From NCBI GenBank assembly GCA_038230375.1, contig JBBRNJ010000007.1:64001-128000 (forward strand): a stretch of DNA of 64,000 bases, in the 5' to 3' direction. The stretch's first letter is position 1; each line of letters opens with the position of its first letter. This stretch comes from Polyangiales bacterium. GTDB lineage: Bacteria; Myxococcota_A; Polyangia; Polyangiales; Polyangiaceae. Under the pieces are notes generated by a model. The model was not told where the DNA came from, searched no databases, and worked only from the letters and a program-made list of their open reading frames with translations. The position numbers and the translations under genes are program-made. Below are positions 1 to 9,472 of this stretch, piece after piece.

Positions 1-1003
1 GCTCCTCGATCGCCTTCGTGTGTGTGACGGTCCACTCGTTGATGTCGGTGATGACGCGGCCCTTCTCTGGCTCGTGGACCAGGTCGTGCACGAGCTTCGG
101 GTAGATGCGCAGCGTGCGGTCGCTGGATTTCGTGCGCTCGTAGAGCGATCGGCTGCCGTTCGGGTCGGTCACCTCGTCGTCCTCGCCGTGGAGGATGAGG
201 AGCGGGACGAAGACGTCGTCCATGCGTTCGTCGATGCTCTCCATGGCAAGAAGGAGCTCCTTCGCGGTGCGGGCTGGTGCGCCGTCCGTGTAGACCATGG
301 GGTCGCTCTTGCAGTCCGCGACCACCTTCGGGTCGCGCGAGAACTTGTCGATGTCGAGCTTGAAGACACCCGCGTTGGGCGACAGGCTGGCGACGGCCTT
401 GGTCCCAGCGATCTTCCCACCGTCCACGTTCGCGTGCAGGGCAGGCCCGGACAGGATCAGCCCTGCGAGCTGCGGCTTCCTGTCGAGCGCGTACAGCGTC
501 ACGATCGCGCCGCCCATGCTGTGACCCATCACGAAGACCGGAACGTCATGCTCCTGATGCCGCACGCGCTCCGTGAACGCCGCCAGGTCGTCCACGTAGT
601 CGTCGAAGGAGTCCACGCCCACGCGCACACCGGCAGAGTGGCCGTGACCGCGCAGATCGAATGCGTGAACGGCGACGCCATTCGCCACCAGCGAGCGCGC
701 GAGCTCGTCGTAGCGGCTGGAGTGGTCGAGCAGGCCGTGCATGATCACGAACGTCGCGCGCGGCTCGCCCTGGGCGGGGCGCCAGGCCTGCTCGAAGAGG
801 GAGACGCCGCCTTTTCCCTGGAAAAATCCCTGCGTGTGCGCAACGCCACCGACGTCGGGTGGTGCGCTTGCCGGAGGACGAGCGCCCATCGCCGGGGGGC
901 CACCGCAGCCGGGCAACGCGGAAAGCGCGGACAGCGCGAGCAAGGTGGCGATGGGGGACGATGCTAGGACGGAGCTGATCAGCTTCGACGTGAAAAAGGG
1001 CAT
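1..1003 (-). CDS. Alpha/beta hydrolase (lysophospholipase/monoacylglycerol lipase-like), probable lipoprotein; 3' end runs off the window
   Basis: Manual translation, absent from the ORF track because there is no stop in the window. MPFFTSK...LSALPGC signal/lipobox, VFVMGHSMG nucleophile elbow, LILHGEDDEVTDP, YPKLVHDLVHEPE. Confidence 0.85.
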   Translation of the reverse strand, partial: MPFFTSKLISSVLASSPIATLLALSALSALPGCGGPPAMGARPPASAPPDVGGVAHTQGFFQGKGGVSLFEQAWRPAQGEPRATFVIMHGLLDHSSRYDELARSLVANGVAVHAFDLRGHGHSAGVRVGVDSFDDYVDDLAAFTERVRHQEHDVPVFVMGHSMGGAIVTLYALDRKPQLAGLILSGPALHANVDGGKIAGTKAVASLSPNAGVFKLDIDKFSRDPKVVADCKSDPMVYTDGAPARTAKELLLAMESIDERMDDVFVPLLILHGEDDEVTDPNGSRSLYERTKSSDRTLRIYPKLVHDLVHEPEKGRVITDINEWTVTHTKAIEE

Positions 1004-1046
1004 GGCGTGCGTTCATTCCAACACGGACTGCCTGTACGATCCACGC

Positions 1047-1712
1047 ATGTCGCAACGGAAGAGTGGTCTTGCAGTGATCGCGATCCTGACACTGGTCGCG
1101 TGCAAGACCAACGAGTCGACCTCGACCTCGACCTCGACCTCGACCTCGACCTCGACTTCGACCTCGACCTCGACCTCGACCTCGACCTCGACCTCGACCT
1201 CGACCTCGACCTCGACCCCGACCTCGACCCTTCGCACGCCGAACGTCTACGACCTCAATGCGCGCACGCTGGATGGCAAGCTACAGCCGCTCTCCGAGTA
1301 TCGCGGCAAGGTGGCGCTGATGGTGAACACCGCGTCCGAGTGTGGCTTCACGCCGCAGTACACTGGGCTCCAGGCGTTGAGCGAGTCCATGAAGGGCAAG
1401 CCATTCGTGCTCCTTGGCTTCCCGTCGAATGACTTCGGCGCGCAGGAACCAGGCACCGACGAGGAGATCGCCAAGTTCACGTCGCACGAGTACGGCGTGA
1501 CGTTCCCGCTCTTCTCGAAGTCGAAGGTGAAGGGCGACGGCGCGAACCCGGTCTTCATGTTTCTTGGCCAGGCGAAGGGCGAGCCAAAGTGGAACTTCCA
1601 CAAGTACCTCGTCGACAAGACTGGCACTGTGGTCGCGGCATACCCGAGCGCGGTGAAGCCGGACGACCCGGCGCTGCGCGCAGAGATCGACCAGCTGCTC
1701 GCCAAGCCCTGA
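1047..1712 (+). CDS. Glutathione peroxidase-family lipoprotein with Ser/Thr linker
   Basis: VNTASECGFTPQY, GFPSNDFGAQEPG and PKWNFHKYL Gpx motifs. LVAC lipobox after ATG 1047. Confidence 0.92.
   Translation: MSQRKSGLAVIAILTLVACKTNESTSTSTSTSTSTSTSTSTSTSTSTSTSTSTSTSTPTSTLRTPNVYDLNARTLDGKLQPLSEYRGKVALMVNTASECGFTPQYTGLQALSESMKGKPFVLLGFPSNDFGAQEPGTDEEIAKFTSHEYGVTFPLFSKSKVKGDGANPVFMFLGQAKGEPKWNFHKYLVDKTGTVVAAYPSAVKPDDPALRAEIDQLLAKP
1116..1229 (+). repeat. (TCGACC)n hexamer microsatellite, 19 units, encoding a Ser-Thr linker
   Basis: Directly visible tandem hexamers with two variant units (TCGACT, CCGACC). Confidence 0.95.
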
Positions 1713-1761
1713 ACCTGTTCGATACCCCGACAATGGGCTATGACGGCGTTGATGACACAGG

Positions 1762-4700
1762 TTGGGGGGGCCTAGCGTGGAGCCCGGTACCCGCATTGGC
1801 GATCGCTACGTCGTGACCGGCCAGATTGGCGCCGGCGGAATGGGCGTCGTCGTCAGCGCCCGCGACGAGAAGCTCGGGCGCGTGGTCGCCATCAAGGTCG
1901 TTCCGCAGAGTGCGATCGGCGACGAGGGTGCACGCCGGCGAATCCTTCGTGAGGCGCGCGCGGCGGCCGGGCTCGACCATCGTTCGATCGTCCACGTGTA
2001 TGACGTTGGCGAGACGGACGACAAGAGCGCCTACTTCGTGATGGAACTGGTGCGCGGCAAGAGCCTCGGAGCCGTGCTCGCGGAGGGCAAGACGAAGCGG
2101 GAGAGGTTGCTCGCGGCCCTCATCGAGACGGGGCGTGCGCTCGCATACGCCCACGAAAAGGGCTTCGTTCACCGCGACATCAAGCCCGACAACGTCATGT
2201 TGCGAGAGGACGACAGCGTCGTCGTGCTCGACTTCGGGCTCGCCAAGACCTTCGCCACGGAGCTTGCCGCCACCGAAGAGGCGATCTCCGTCACCGCGAA
2301 GGGCGGCTTCGTCGGCACGCCCGCGTACGTCTCACCCGAGCAAGCGCGCGGTGAAGAAGTCAATCCTGCGACGGACCAGTTCGCGCTCGCCGTCACCATC
2401 TTCGAGGCGATGACTGGGAGTATTCCGTGGGTCGGCAAGACCGTGATCGAGGTCGTGAGTGAGATCCTGAAGGGCACGCCACGATCGCTCGCATCACTCG
2501 CGCCCTCCCTTCCGCCCGCGCTCGGCACGGCCCTCGCGCGCGCGATGGAGAAGGAGATCGGCGCGCGATTTCCGTCGATGGACGTGTTCGTCGCCGAGCT
2601 CGAGCGCATCCTCCCCGACGTGGGTCGCCCCGAGTCCCTGAAGACGGCTGCGGCGGCTCCGGTGGATTCGAAGTCACCGCTGGCGTCGTCGATGGACGTC
2701 GCGCCGAGCGACGCAGCGCTCGCAAAGACCAACGTGAGCGCGGCCAGCGCAACGGTGACGCCGCAACGAAAGAGACTCTGGCCGGCGGTGGTCATCGGCG
2801 CGGGGGTCATCATCGCGCTGGGGGTCTACAAGCATCCGTGGCGTGGCGATGACGTGCCGCTGGTGCCGCCCGTTCCCGCGCAGGTGACCATCCACACCGT
2901 CGCTTGTCCTCAGCTCGAGGTCGGTGGTGACGAAGAGAAGCCGAGCGGCTGGCTGGGCGCTGCGGCCGCGAGCCTCTCGTGCGAGCGCATCCAGTGGATG
3001 CTGGGCGGGCGTCCGAGCACCACGCTCATTCCCGCGGAGCTCCTGCGCCTCCCACGCGAGCCGAAGGAGGGCGCGGCGAGCGAGCCGTTCGACAAGGACG
3101 GCGTTCGCGAGAGAGAGCTCGCCGTCGCAAAGGAATCCGCTGACGCCTTCGTGACGGGCGTGGTCGACGGTACGCGCGACGTACACGTGGTGTTGCACCT
3201 TTTCGACAGGTCGAGGCGCGAGCTCGCGACCGCGGAGGGCACGCATCCCAACGTGCTGGGTGCCGTGCGTGACGCCACCGACGGGCTTCGCGCGAAGGGG
3301 GCCTTCGGTGCGGCACCTGACCTCACCTACCTGCACACCGTGCTGCCGGGGGCCACCATCGACGCGGCGCTGCGCATCCATGACCTCACGGTCTTCGATC
3401 TGATGGAAGACGACGTGGACGTGAGGGCGGACTGCGAGGAGCTCTCCACGCGGACGGATCTGGGCGCGATCGCAGCGCTCGTATCCGCGGTCTGTGCGCC
3501 GCCGCTTGGCAAGGCGTTGCCTGCGCAGCCAGCCCCAGACGACTCCACGCCCATTGCGTCTGCGATCACCGTCGCAACGCTTCGCCGGTTCCCCACGCAG
3601 TCCGACAAGGAAAAGGCTGCAGGCAAGGCGCGGATCGATGCGCTCGTTGTAGCGGCAAACAAGGAGGCCGACCTAGATCTCCGCTCCATCCTGCTCGGAG
3701 CCGCCGCGGACGGCTACTACTTCAACCTCTCGGACGCGGCCACAGCTGGCGGTGTGGCGCGCGCGTCGGTGCAGGCGTCTCCGCGTACCGTCGATCTTCG
3801 CGGTACCGCGTGGCATCGTCAGTCCTTCGCGTCGGCGGACCTCGGTGCGCCGGTTCTCATCGCGCACGAGTCGTGGCTTCCGTGGGAGCCGTTCGCCCAG
3901 GCAAACCTCTATCTGCAGTTCGGCACGCACGCGGAGTTCGCGTCTGCCCTTCGCCGCGCAGCGATACTCGCGCGCCACGGCTACTGGCGACGCGACTATG
4001 GAGAGTGGCTCGCGCGCATCGGACACCTGGAGGAGGCGAAGGGGATCGCCGTCGAGTCGGGCAGCCGCTTGCTGGCCGCGCTCATCCAGTATGCGGAGGG
4101 CTTTCCGGCCCGGGCGCTCGTCTCGATCCGGAAGTCCCTCGCAGAGATGGACACGACCGTTGCCAACGGACGCGAGGCCACGCGGCTCGCGGCGCTGGGC
4201 AGCGGCATCGCCATGGAGATCGGCCAGCCGCTGGACTTCGCGCAGGTCTTCCTCGACAGGTTCGTGGCCCCCGATGCGCCCAAGATCTCGCACGGCGTGA
4301 CGACGATGCACTATCTATGTGCAGTCTGCATGGATCTCGCACGGCCCGCGGCAGAGAAGTGCATCGGGCGTGTGCGCGAACTGGTGCGCATCGGGCACTT
4401 CGGCGGCGCCTTCTACGGCTCGGCGGATCTTCTGGACGGCTCGATCCATTTCATCAACGGAGACTTCGAGAAGGCCGCAAAGACCTGGCGCCCGCTTCTC
4501 TCCGGGCCTGGCATCTACAGGACAGAGGGCGTCCGCGAGCAGCTGACCATTGCCCTCATGCGCGCCGGCGAGAACGAGATGGCCGAACGCCTGGACGACT
4601 ACTGGCTGCCAGACGAGGTCCTGCCTGAAGCGAACTCTGCGCACGTGAGGCTCGCGCTGCGTCTGGAGAAGCGCAGCGACATCGCGGGCGCACGTCGCGT

Positions 4701-4818
4701 GGCACAAGAGTACGTGAAGCGCTGGAACACCGCGGACGAACGCCCGCGCGGCACGGAGGAGATGAAGCGCCTCCTTGCGCGGACCGCAAGCCAGGTCGGA
4801 GACGGCGGAGCTCGGTAA
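1762..4818 (+). CDS. Membrane Ser/Thr protein kinase with large C-terminal helical (TPR-like) extracytoplasmic region
   Basis: GAGGMG, VAIK, HRDIKPDN, DFG and GTPAYVSPE motifs. TM segment after RKR. The start may be GTG 1777. Confidence 0.92.
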   Translation: MGGPSVEPGTRIGDRYVVTGQIGAGGMGVVVSARDEKLGRVVAIKVVPQSAIGDEGARRRILREARAAAGLDHRSIVHVYDVGETDDKSAYFVMELVRGKSLGAVLAEGKTKRERLLAALIETGRALAYAHEKGFVHRDIKPDNVMLREDDSVVVLDFGLAKTFATELAATEEAISVTAKGGFVGTPAYVSPEQARGEEVNPATDQFALAVTIFEAMTGSIPWVGKTVIEVVSEILKGTPRSLASLAPSLPPALGTALARAMEKEIGARFPSMDVFVAELERILPDVGRPESLKTAAAAPVDSKSPLASSMDVAPSDAALAKTNVSAASATVTPQRKRLWPAVVIGAGVIIALGVYKHPWRGDDVPLVPPVPAQVTIHTVACPQLEVGGDEEKPSGWLGAAAASLSCERIQWMLGGRPSTTLIPAELLRLPREPKEGAASEPFDKDGVRERELAVAKESADAFVTGVVDGTRDVHVVLHLFDRSRRELATAEGTHPNVLGAVRDATDGLRAKGAFGAAPDLTYLHTVLPGATIDAALRIHDLTVFDLMEDDVDVRADCEELSTRTDLGAIAALVSAVCAPPLGKALPAQPAPDDSTPIASAITVATLRRFPTQSDKEKAAGKARIDALVVAANKEADLDLRSILLGAAADGYYFNLSDAATAGGVARASVQASPRTVDLRGTAWHRQSFASADLGAPVLIAHESWLPWEPFAQANLYLQFGTHAEFASALRRAAILARHGYWRRDYGEWLARIGHLEEAKGIAVESGSRLLAALIQYAEGFPARALVSIRKSLAEMDTTVANGREATRLAALGSGIAMEIGQPLDFAQVFLDRFVAPDAPKISHGVTTMHYLCAVCMDLARPAAEKCIGRVRELVRIGHFGGAFYGSADLLDGSIHFINGDFEKAAKTWRPLLSGPGIYRTEGVREQLTIALMRAGENEMAERLDDYWLPDEVLPEANSAHVRLALRLEKRSDIAGARRVAQEYVKRWNTADERPRGTEEMKRLLARTASQVGDGGAR

Positions 4819-4829
4819 CCGGCGTGCGT

Positions 4830-6044
4830 TCAGCGGCGGCGTCGCGCGCGCAGTGCGAGGGCTGCGAGAGCGAGCGGAAGAAACATCGCGAGCGACAGAT
4901 CGCGATCGGTCGCCGTCGCGCAGCCACCGGACGATCCCCCACCACCAGTGCCGCCATCCGCGTCAGCGTTGCCACCGCCGCCGCCCGCGCTGCCGTCCGC
5001 GCCAGCTCCACCTCCGCCGCCACCTCCACCACTGCTGCCGCCGCCATCATCCTTGCCGATGACGCCGCCGTCTGGCGCGACGTTGCCTGTGGGTGCCGTG
5101 AGCGAGTGCGCGCTGAAGAACGACCACATGATGCCGGTCTCGTCGGGGCCATCGGAATCCGTGTAGGATGCACCCTTCACACCGCCGGCCCAAGCGTGGT
5201 CCATGCCGGTGACCCACACCCCCACGAGGAGCGCCGCGTTGTCCGGGCCGTTGGTGGTCTCCGTGGAGTAGCCGCGCCCGCCGTCGACCTGGCTCATGAC
5301 GGTGGTCGGCGCTGCGAGCGACGCGAGACCGAGCGCGTCCGCGTCCGCGCGCGTGTACGAAGCGATCACCTGGTGTCCGTTCACGATCGCGACGGTGCCG
5401 TCCGACGTGCCGTGGAAGGCGATCACGGGCATCGCGCGTGCGTGCGTCCCCATCGCTGCGAAGATCGCGTCGCCCTGGGTTGTGGGATTCGGCCCGCCTG
5501 AGCCCTGGGCGGCGAGCCCGCTCTGGATGGAGTCAGCCGCCTGATACTCGAGGCCCGAGCCCACGCCGATCGCCGCGAACACATCCGGATAGGTCGCGCC
5601 CATCACAGCGGCCATCGCGCCGCCTGCGGAGATGCCTGCGACATAGACGTGAGCAGCGTCGATCGTGTGTCGCTTCTTCGCCTCGTCGACGATCGCCGCG
5701 AGCTCCGCCGGCTCGCCCGAGCCGCGCACCTGGCTCAGCGGGTCGAACCAGTTCCAGCATTTCCCCGCGTTGTGAGACGCCGGCTGCGTCGGCCACACGA
5801 CGTAAAAGCCCTGTTTTTCGGCCAGATCGTTCATCAGCGTCGCCGCTTCGAAGTCCTGCGCGTTCTGCGAGCACCCATGCAACATGAGCACGAGCGCCGG
5901 CTTGGCTTGCGGTGCGCTCGGCACGAACAGATCCGTGGGATGGCCCGCCACGGTGAACGTCTCGGTGGTGCCCGCGGCCCTTGCCTCAGCGGTGATCCCC
6001 GTGACGGCAAGCGCGATGGCGAGTCCCCCGAGCAGCTTCTTCAT
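4830..6044 (-). CDS. Secreted PHB depolymerase-family esterase with MYXO-CTERM-like surface anchor
   Basis: Signal peptide MKKLLGGLAIALAV. MLHGCSQ, CWNWF, AGISAGG lipase box and GMDHAWAGG. Gly-rich linker, then SSGGC, TM and RARRRR. ATG 6044 overlaps the phaC stop (ATGA). Confidence 0.85.
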   Translation of the reverse strand: MKKLLGGLAIALAVTGITAEARAAGTTETFTVAGHPTDLFVPSAPQAKPALVLMLHGCSQNAQDFEAATLMNDLAEKQGFYVVWPTQPASHNAGKCWNWFDPLSQVRGSGEPAELAAIVDEAKKRHTIDAAHVYVAGISAGGAMAAVMGATYPDVFAAIGVGSGLEYQAADSIQSGLAAQGSGGPNPTTQGDAIFAAMGTHARAMPVIAFHGTSDGTVAIVNGHQVIASYTRADADALGLASLAAPTTVMSQVDGGRGYSTETTNGPDNAALLVGVWVTGMDHAWAGGVKGASYTDSDGPDETGIMWSFFSAHSLTAPTGNVAPDGGVIGKDDGGGSSGGGGGGGGAGADGSAGGGGGNADADGGTGGGGSSGGCATATDRDLSLAMFLPLALAALALRARRRR

Positions 6045-7324
6045 TTGGTCGATGCCGACTTTCTCTTGGTGGGGGTCTTCTTTGCCGTCTTCGTCTTGGC
6101 GGTGCGGGTCGACTTGAGAGTCTTGAGGGGCTTGCGCGCATGCCCGTTCAAGCCGTTGAGGCGAAGGGGAGAGGTCGAGGTCGAGGTCGGGGTCGAGGTC
6201 GAGGTCGGGGTCGAAGTCAAAGTCGTCGTCGAGGTCGTCTTCGTCTTCGTCGTCCCTGTCGTCTCGCACTTCACGAAGAAGTTCGACAGCATCGGCCAGA
6301 GGCCCTTCGCCGCCGACTTCGACACCACCGCTCCAACGTGGCCTCCTGGCAGCTTCACGTGCAGCTTCTCCTTCGATGCGATGCGATCGACCAGCACCGC
6401 CGCGCTCTTCCACGGCACGATGTTGTCGTGCTCGAAGCTCACTGCCAGCACGGGACAGTGGATGTCCTCCATGCGCGCGCTCCTGCCCGAGAGGCGCATC
6501 GTGCCTTCCATGAGCGCGTCCTTGCGATACAGCTCCTCGATGTAGCGCCGGAACGCCTGACCCGGAAACGACACGTTGTCGTTGCCCCATGCCTCGAGCG
6601 CAAGGAAGCCGTCCAGGAACTCGTCATTCCACGCGCGGTCCACCATGTGGACGGTCTTCGCGAGCGTGAGCGTGGGCCGCAGCATCTGGAACGCGCCCTG
6701 GAGCAGCTGCCACGGAGCATTGCCGAACGCGTCCACGATCGCGCCCGGATCGTACGTGGGGTTCTGTGTCCACGCCGCGAGCACGCTGTCGTCCCGGAAC
6801 GCGACGGGCGCGGCGAGCAAGGCAAGCGACGCGATACGGTTGTCGGAGGTGGCTCCGGCCTCTGCCGCCGCATGGATCACCGCCAGCGTTCCGCCAAGGC
6901 AGTAGCCGAGCACGTTTGCCTTGCCACGACGGCCGGGCGTTGCGCCGCCCATCTTGCTCGTCACGCGGAGCGCGCGACCCAGGTAGCCGTCGCAGATGTC
7001 GTCGAACGTCAGGTAGCGATCCTCGGGGCCGGGTGTTCCCCAATCAATGCAGAATACATCATGTCCCTGCGCGACGAGCCACTCGGCCATGCTCTTCTGC
7101 GGCACCAGATCCATCACGTAGTGGCGGTTGATGAGCGAAGGCACGAGGAGGAGCGGGGTCTCGAAGCGCACGGGCTTGCCCTCGGGTCGCCGGTAGCGGA
7201 GAAGCTTCCACTTGTTCTCCGAGAACACGACGTCCGACGGCGTGATGCCGACCTCGGGCTTCTTGCGCGCGGCAAGGCCCAGCAGGTTGATGATGCGCTT
7301 CGCTCCTTCTCCTCCTCCGAACAC
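6041..7324 (-). CDS. phaC: Class III-type poly(3-hydroxyalkanoate) synthase with Thr/Ser linker and Lys-rich tail
   Basis: PLLLVPSLINRHYVMDL, IDWG, GYCLGG (catalytic Cys), HDNIVP (Asp), GGHVG (His). GGAGG RBS before the GTG. Confidence 0.88.
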   Translation of the reverse strand: MFGGGEGAKRIINLLGLAARKKPEVGITPSDVVFSENKWKLLRYRRPEGKPVRFETPLLLVPSLINRHYVMDLVPQKSMAEWLVAQGHDVFCIDWGTPGPEDRYLTFDDICDGYLGRALRVTSKMGGATPGRRGKANVLGYCLGGTLAVIHAAAEAGATSDNRIASLALLAAPVAFRDDSVLAAWTQNPTYDPGAIVDAFGNAPWQLLQGAFQMLRPTLTLAKTVHMVDRAWNDEFLDGFLALEAWGNDNVSFPGQAFRRYIEELYRKDALMEGTMRLSGRSARMEDIHCPVLAVSFEHDNIVPWKSAAVLVDRIASKEKLHVKLPGGHVGAVVSKSAAKGLWPMLSNFFVKCETTGTTKTKTTSTTTLTSTPTSTSTPTSTSTSPLRLNGLNGHARKPLKTLKSTRTAKTKTAKKTPTKRKSASTK

Positions 7325-7335
7325 GGCGGACCTCC

Positions 7336-9075
7336 CTACGGTTTTGCGTCGTACAGGCCTTCGAACTCGGCCTTGAAGGCTTCATACACCTTCTTGCGCC
7401 GAACCTTGAAGGAAGCCGTGAGAAGGCCCGCTTCCACCGTCAACGGGCTCGACATGACGTGGAACTTCTTGATCGACTCGTAGCTTGCGAGGCTCTCGTT
7501 GACCTTCGCCACGCGGTCTCGGACGAGCTGCGCGCGTGCCGCTGCCTGCTCGGGCTCCGGCGTGCTGCGCGTCTTCAACGTCTCCGCGATCGCGGCCTCG
7601 TTCAGCCAGATCCCGGCGACGAGGAACTTCTTTGCCTCGCCGTAGACCACCACGTGTGCGAAATGCGGATCGTCCGCGAAGCGGATCTCGATGTTCGCAG
7701 GCGGCACGTTCTTGCCGCCCGCGGTGACCAGGATGTCCTTCTTGCGATCGATGATCTGAAGGAAGCCGTCATCCGTGAAGCGACCTACGTCGCCAGTCTG
7801 GAACCAGCCGTCGGCGGTGAAGGCCTCCTTGGTCGCTGCCGGATCCTTGTGATAGCCGCGGAACACGTTCGCGCCGCGTGCGAGGATCTCGCCGTCCTCA
7901 GCGAGCTTCAGCTCCACGCTCGGCAACGGCTTGCCCACGGTGTCGAAGCGGAACGCGTCCGGACGATTGAGCGTGAGCGTGGGTGACGTCTCGGTCAGGC
8001 CGTAGCCCTCGATGATGAGCACGCCGCCCGCATAGAAGTAGTCCTTCACCTCGCGCTTGAGGCCCGCGCCTCCGGAGAGACAAAACTTGAGCCGGCCGCC
8101 CGTGGTCTCCACGAACTTCTTGAGGCGCGCCTCTGGCGTGGCCTCGTGCATGGACAGGTGCGCGAGCTTCTCCCAGTGTGACGGCACGCTCATGAAGACG
8201 TGTGGCTTGAGCTCCGGCAGCTGCTTCAGACAGCTCACCGGATCGGACAGGTACGTCTCCATGCAGAGCGTGTTGCCCAGGCACATCTCGCCGAAGCCGA
8301 AGATGTGGCTCATGGGCAGCCACAGCACGTCCACCATGTTCTCTTCCAGCAGCGGGCCGTTGCACTTCAGCCAGTCCAGGCCGTTCACGGCGACGTTCTT
8401 GTGCGTGAGCGGTACGCCCTTCGGGTTCCCGCTTGTGCCGCTGGTGTAGAGCATCATGCCGAGCTGCTCGATCGAGACGCCGTGCAGCATCTTCTCGAAG
8501 CCCTTTGCGTCCTCTGCGTGCTTGCGCGCGCCGATCTCGCGGGCGCGACTCCAGCCAATGACGCGCTTCTCGACCTCTTCCTTCGAGGGAACGGTCACTC
8601 CCTTGGCAACAAGGCTCTCGCGCACGCGCTCCGCGTCCAGGCTGTCGTCGAGCGTGACGATCTTCGAGACCTGCGTGAGGCTCGGCCATGCCTCGAGCAG
8701 CCGCCCGAGCAGCGCCGGCGTATCCACGAAGACAACCTTCGCGTCCGAGTGCGAGACCACGTACGCGGCCCCCTCCGTCGTGGACGCCGGATAGATCGGC
8801 ACGATCACGCCACCAGCCGCCTGGATCGCGAGCGCCGCGCTTGCCCACGCCACGCGGTTGGGTGCGTAGATGCAGGCGCGGTCTTCGTTCGCGAGCTCGC
8901 CGTGGAGGAAGAGACCAATGTCGCGGATCTCGTCCGCGAACTCGCCCCAGGTCACCTTTGTCCATGAGCCCTTGCCGTCGGGCACGTGGAAGCGGGTCTT
9001 GTCCTTGCGCTCGGCGAGCGAGTCGAACACTGCGCGCGGCGCGGGCTTCATCTCCAGAAACGGCGTGATGTCCAT
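7336..9075 (-). CDS. Long-chain-fatty-acid-CoA ligase family (AMP-dependent synthetase)
   Basis: [49 protein letters not shown]. Confidence 0.92.
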   Translation of the reverse strand: MDITPFLEMKPAPRAVFDSLAERKDKTRFHVPDGKGSWTKVTWGEFADEIRDIGLFLHGELANEDRACIYAPNRVAWASAALAIQAAGGVIVPIYPASTTEGAAYVVSHSDAKVVFVDTPALLGRLLEAWPSLTQVSKIVTLDDSLDAERVRESLVAKGVTVPSKEEVEKRVIGWSRAREIGARKHAEDAKGFEKMLHGVSIEQLGMMLYTSGTSGNPKGVPLTHKNVAVNGLDWLKCNGPLLEENMVDVLWLPMSHIFGFGEMCLGNTLCMETYLSDPVSCLKQLPELKPHVFMSVPSHWEKLAHLSMHEATPEARLKKFVETTGGRLKFCLSGGAGLKREVKDYFYAGGVLIIEGYGLTETSPTLTLNRPDAFRFDTVGKPLPSVELKLAEDGEILARGANVFRGYHKDPAATKEAFTADGWFQTGDVGRFTDDGFLQIIDRKKDILVTAGGKNVPPANIEIRFADDPHFAHVVVYGEAKKFLVAGIWLNEAAIAETLKTRSTPEPEQAAARAQLVRDRVAKVNESLASYESIKKFHVMSSPLTVEAGLLTASFKVRRKKVYEAFKAEFEGLYDAKP

Positions 9076-9089
9076 GATCGTTACCTCTC

Positions 9090-9437
9090 TCAGTTCCGTG
9101 CTTCGAGCGCCGGCTGGGCAGCGCCATTCAACGTCTTCTTTGCCTGCTCCTCACGCGCCGCTCGATCTTCCAGGCGCTCTTCCAGATCCATGAGGCGGCT
9201 CTCGAGCCTGTTCAGCGCATGCAGTACGCGCTCCTGATCGTGCTTCGTTGCAAGGCCAGCCATGCCGAGCAGCGTGACCTTCGCCTTGTCGCCCGCGGTC
9301 TTCGCCTTCATCACGGCCGTGATCAACGCGCCGCTGGGGCCGAGCACGAGCGGACTACGGATCACGTTCTCGAGGAACTTCGCTGTCTCGTTCTCCCACG
9401 CGTCGAAGCCCTTCTTCCACATCTCCCATCCAGTCAT
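9090..9437 (-). CDS. Short PhaE-like PHA synthase partner subunit
   Basis: 115 aa. The W-rich N-terminus and C-terminal [29 protein letters not shown] coiled coil resemble the PhaE C-terminus. It is in the phaC operon. Confidence 0.65.
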   Translation of the reverse strand: MTGWEMWKKGFDAWENETAKFLENVIRSPLVLGPSGALITAVMKAKTAGDKAKVTLLGMAGLATKHDQERVLHALNRLESRLMDLEERLEDRAAREEQAKKTLNGAAQPALEARN

Positions 9438-9472
9438 CGGAATGCTCCTTGTCGTTCAGGCTTCGTTGTTGG

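Noticed and set aside
20..967. 315-aa plus-strand ORF and the many similar long antisense/alternate-frame ORFs (e.g. 30188..32308, 42583..44709, 59286..61151)
   Set aside because: They are shadow ORFs of high-GC genes with no motifs; the opposite strand or frame carries recognisable proteins.
4830..6590. 586-aa version of the depolymerase
   Set aside because: The N-terminal part overlaps phaC out of frame. The signal peptide starts at ATG 6044.
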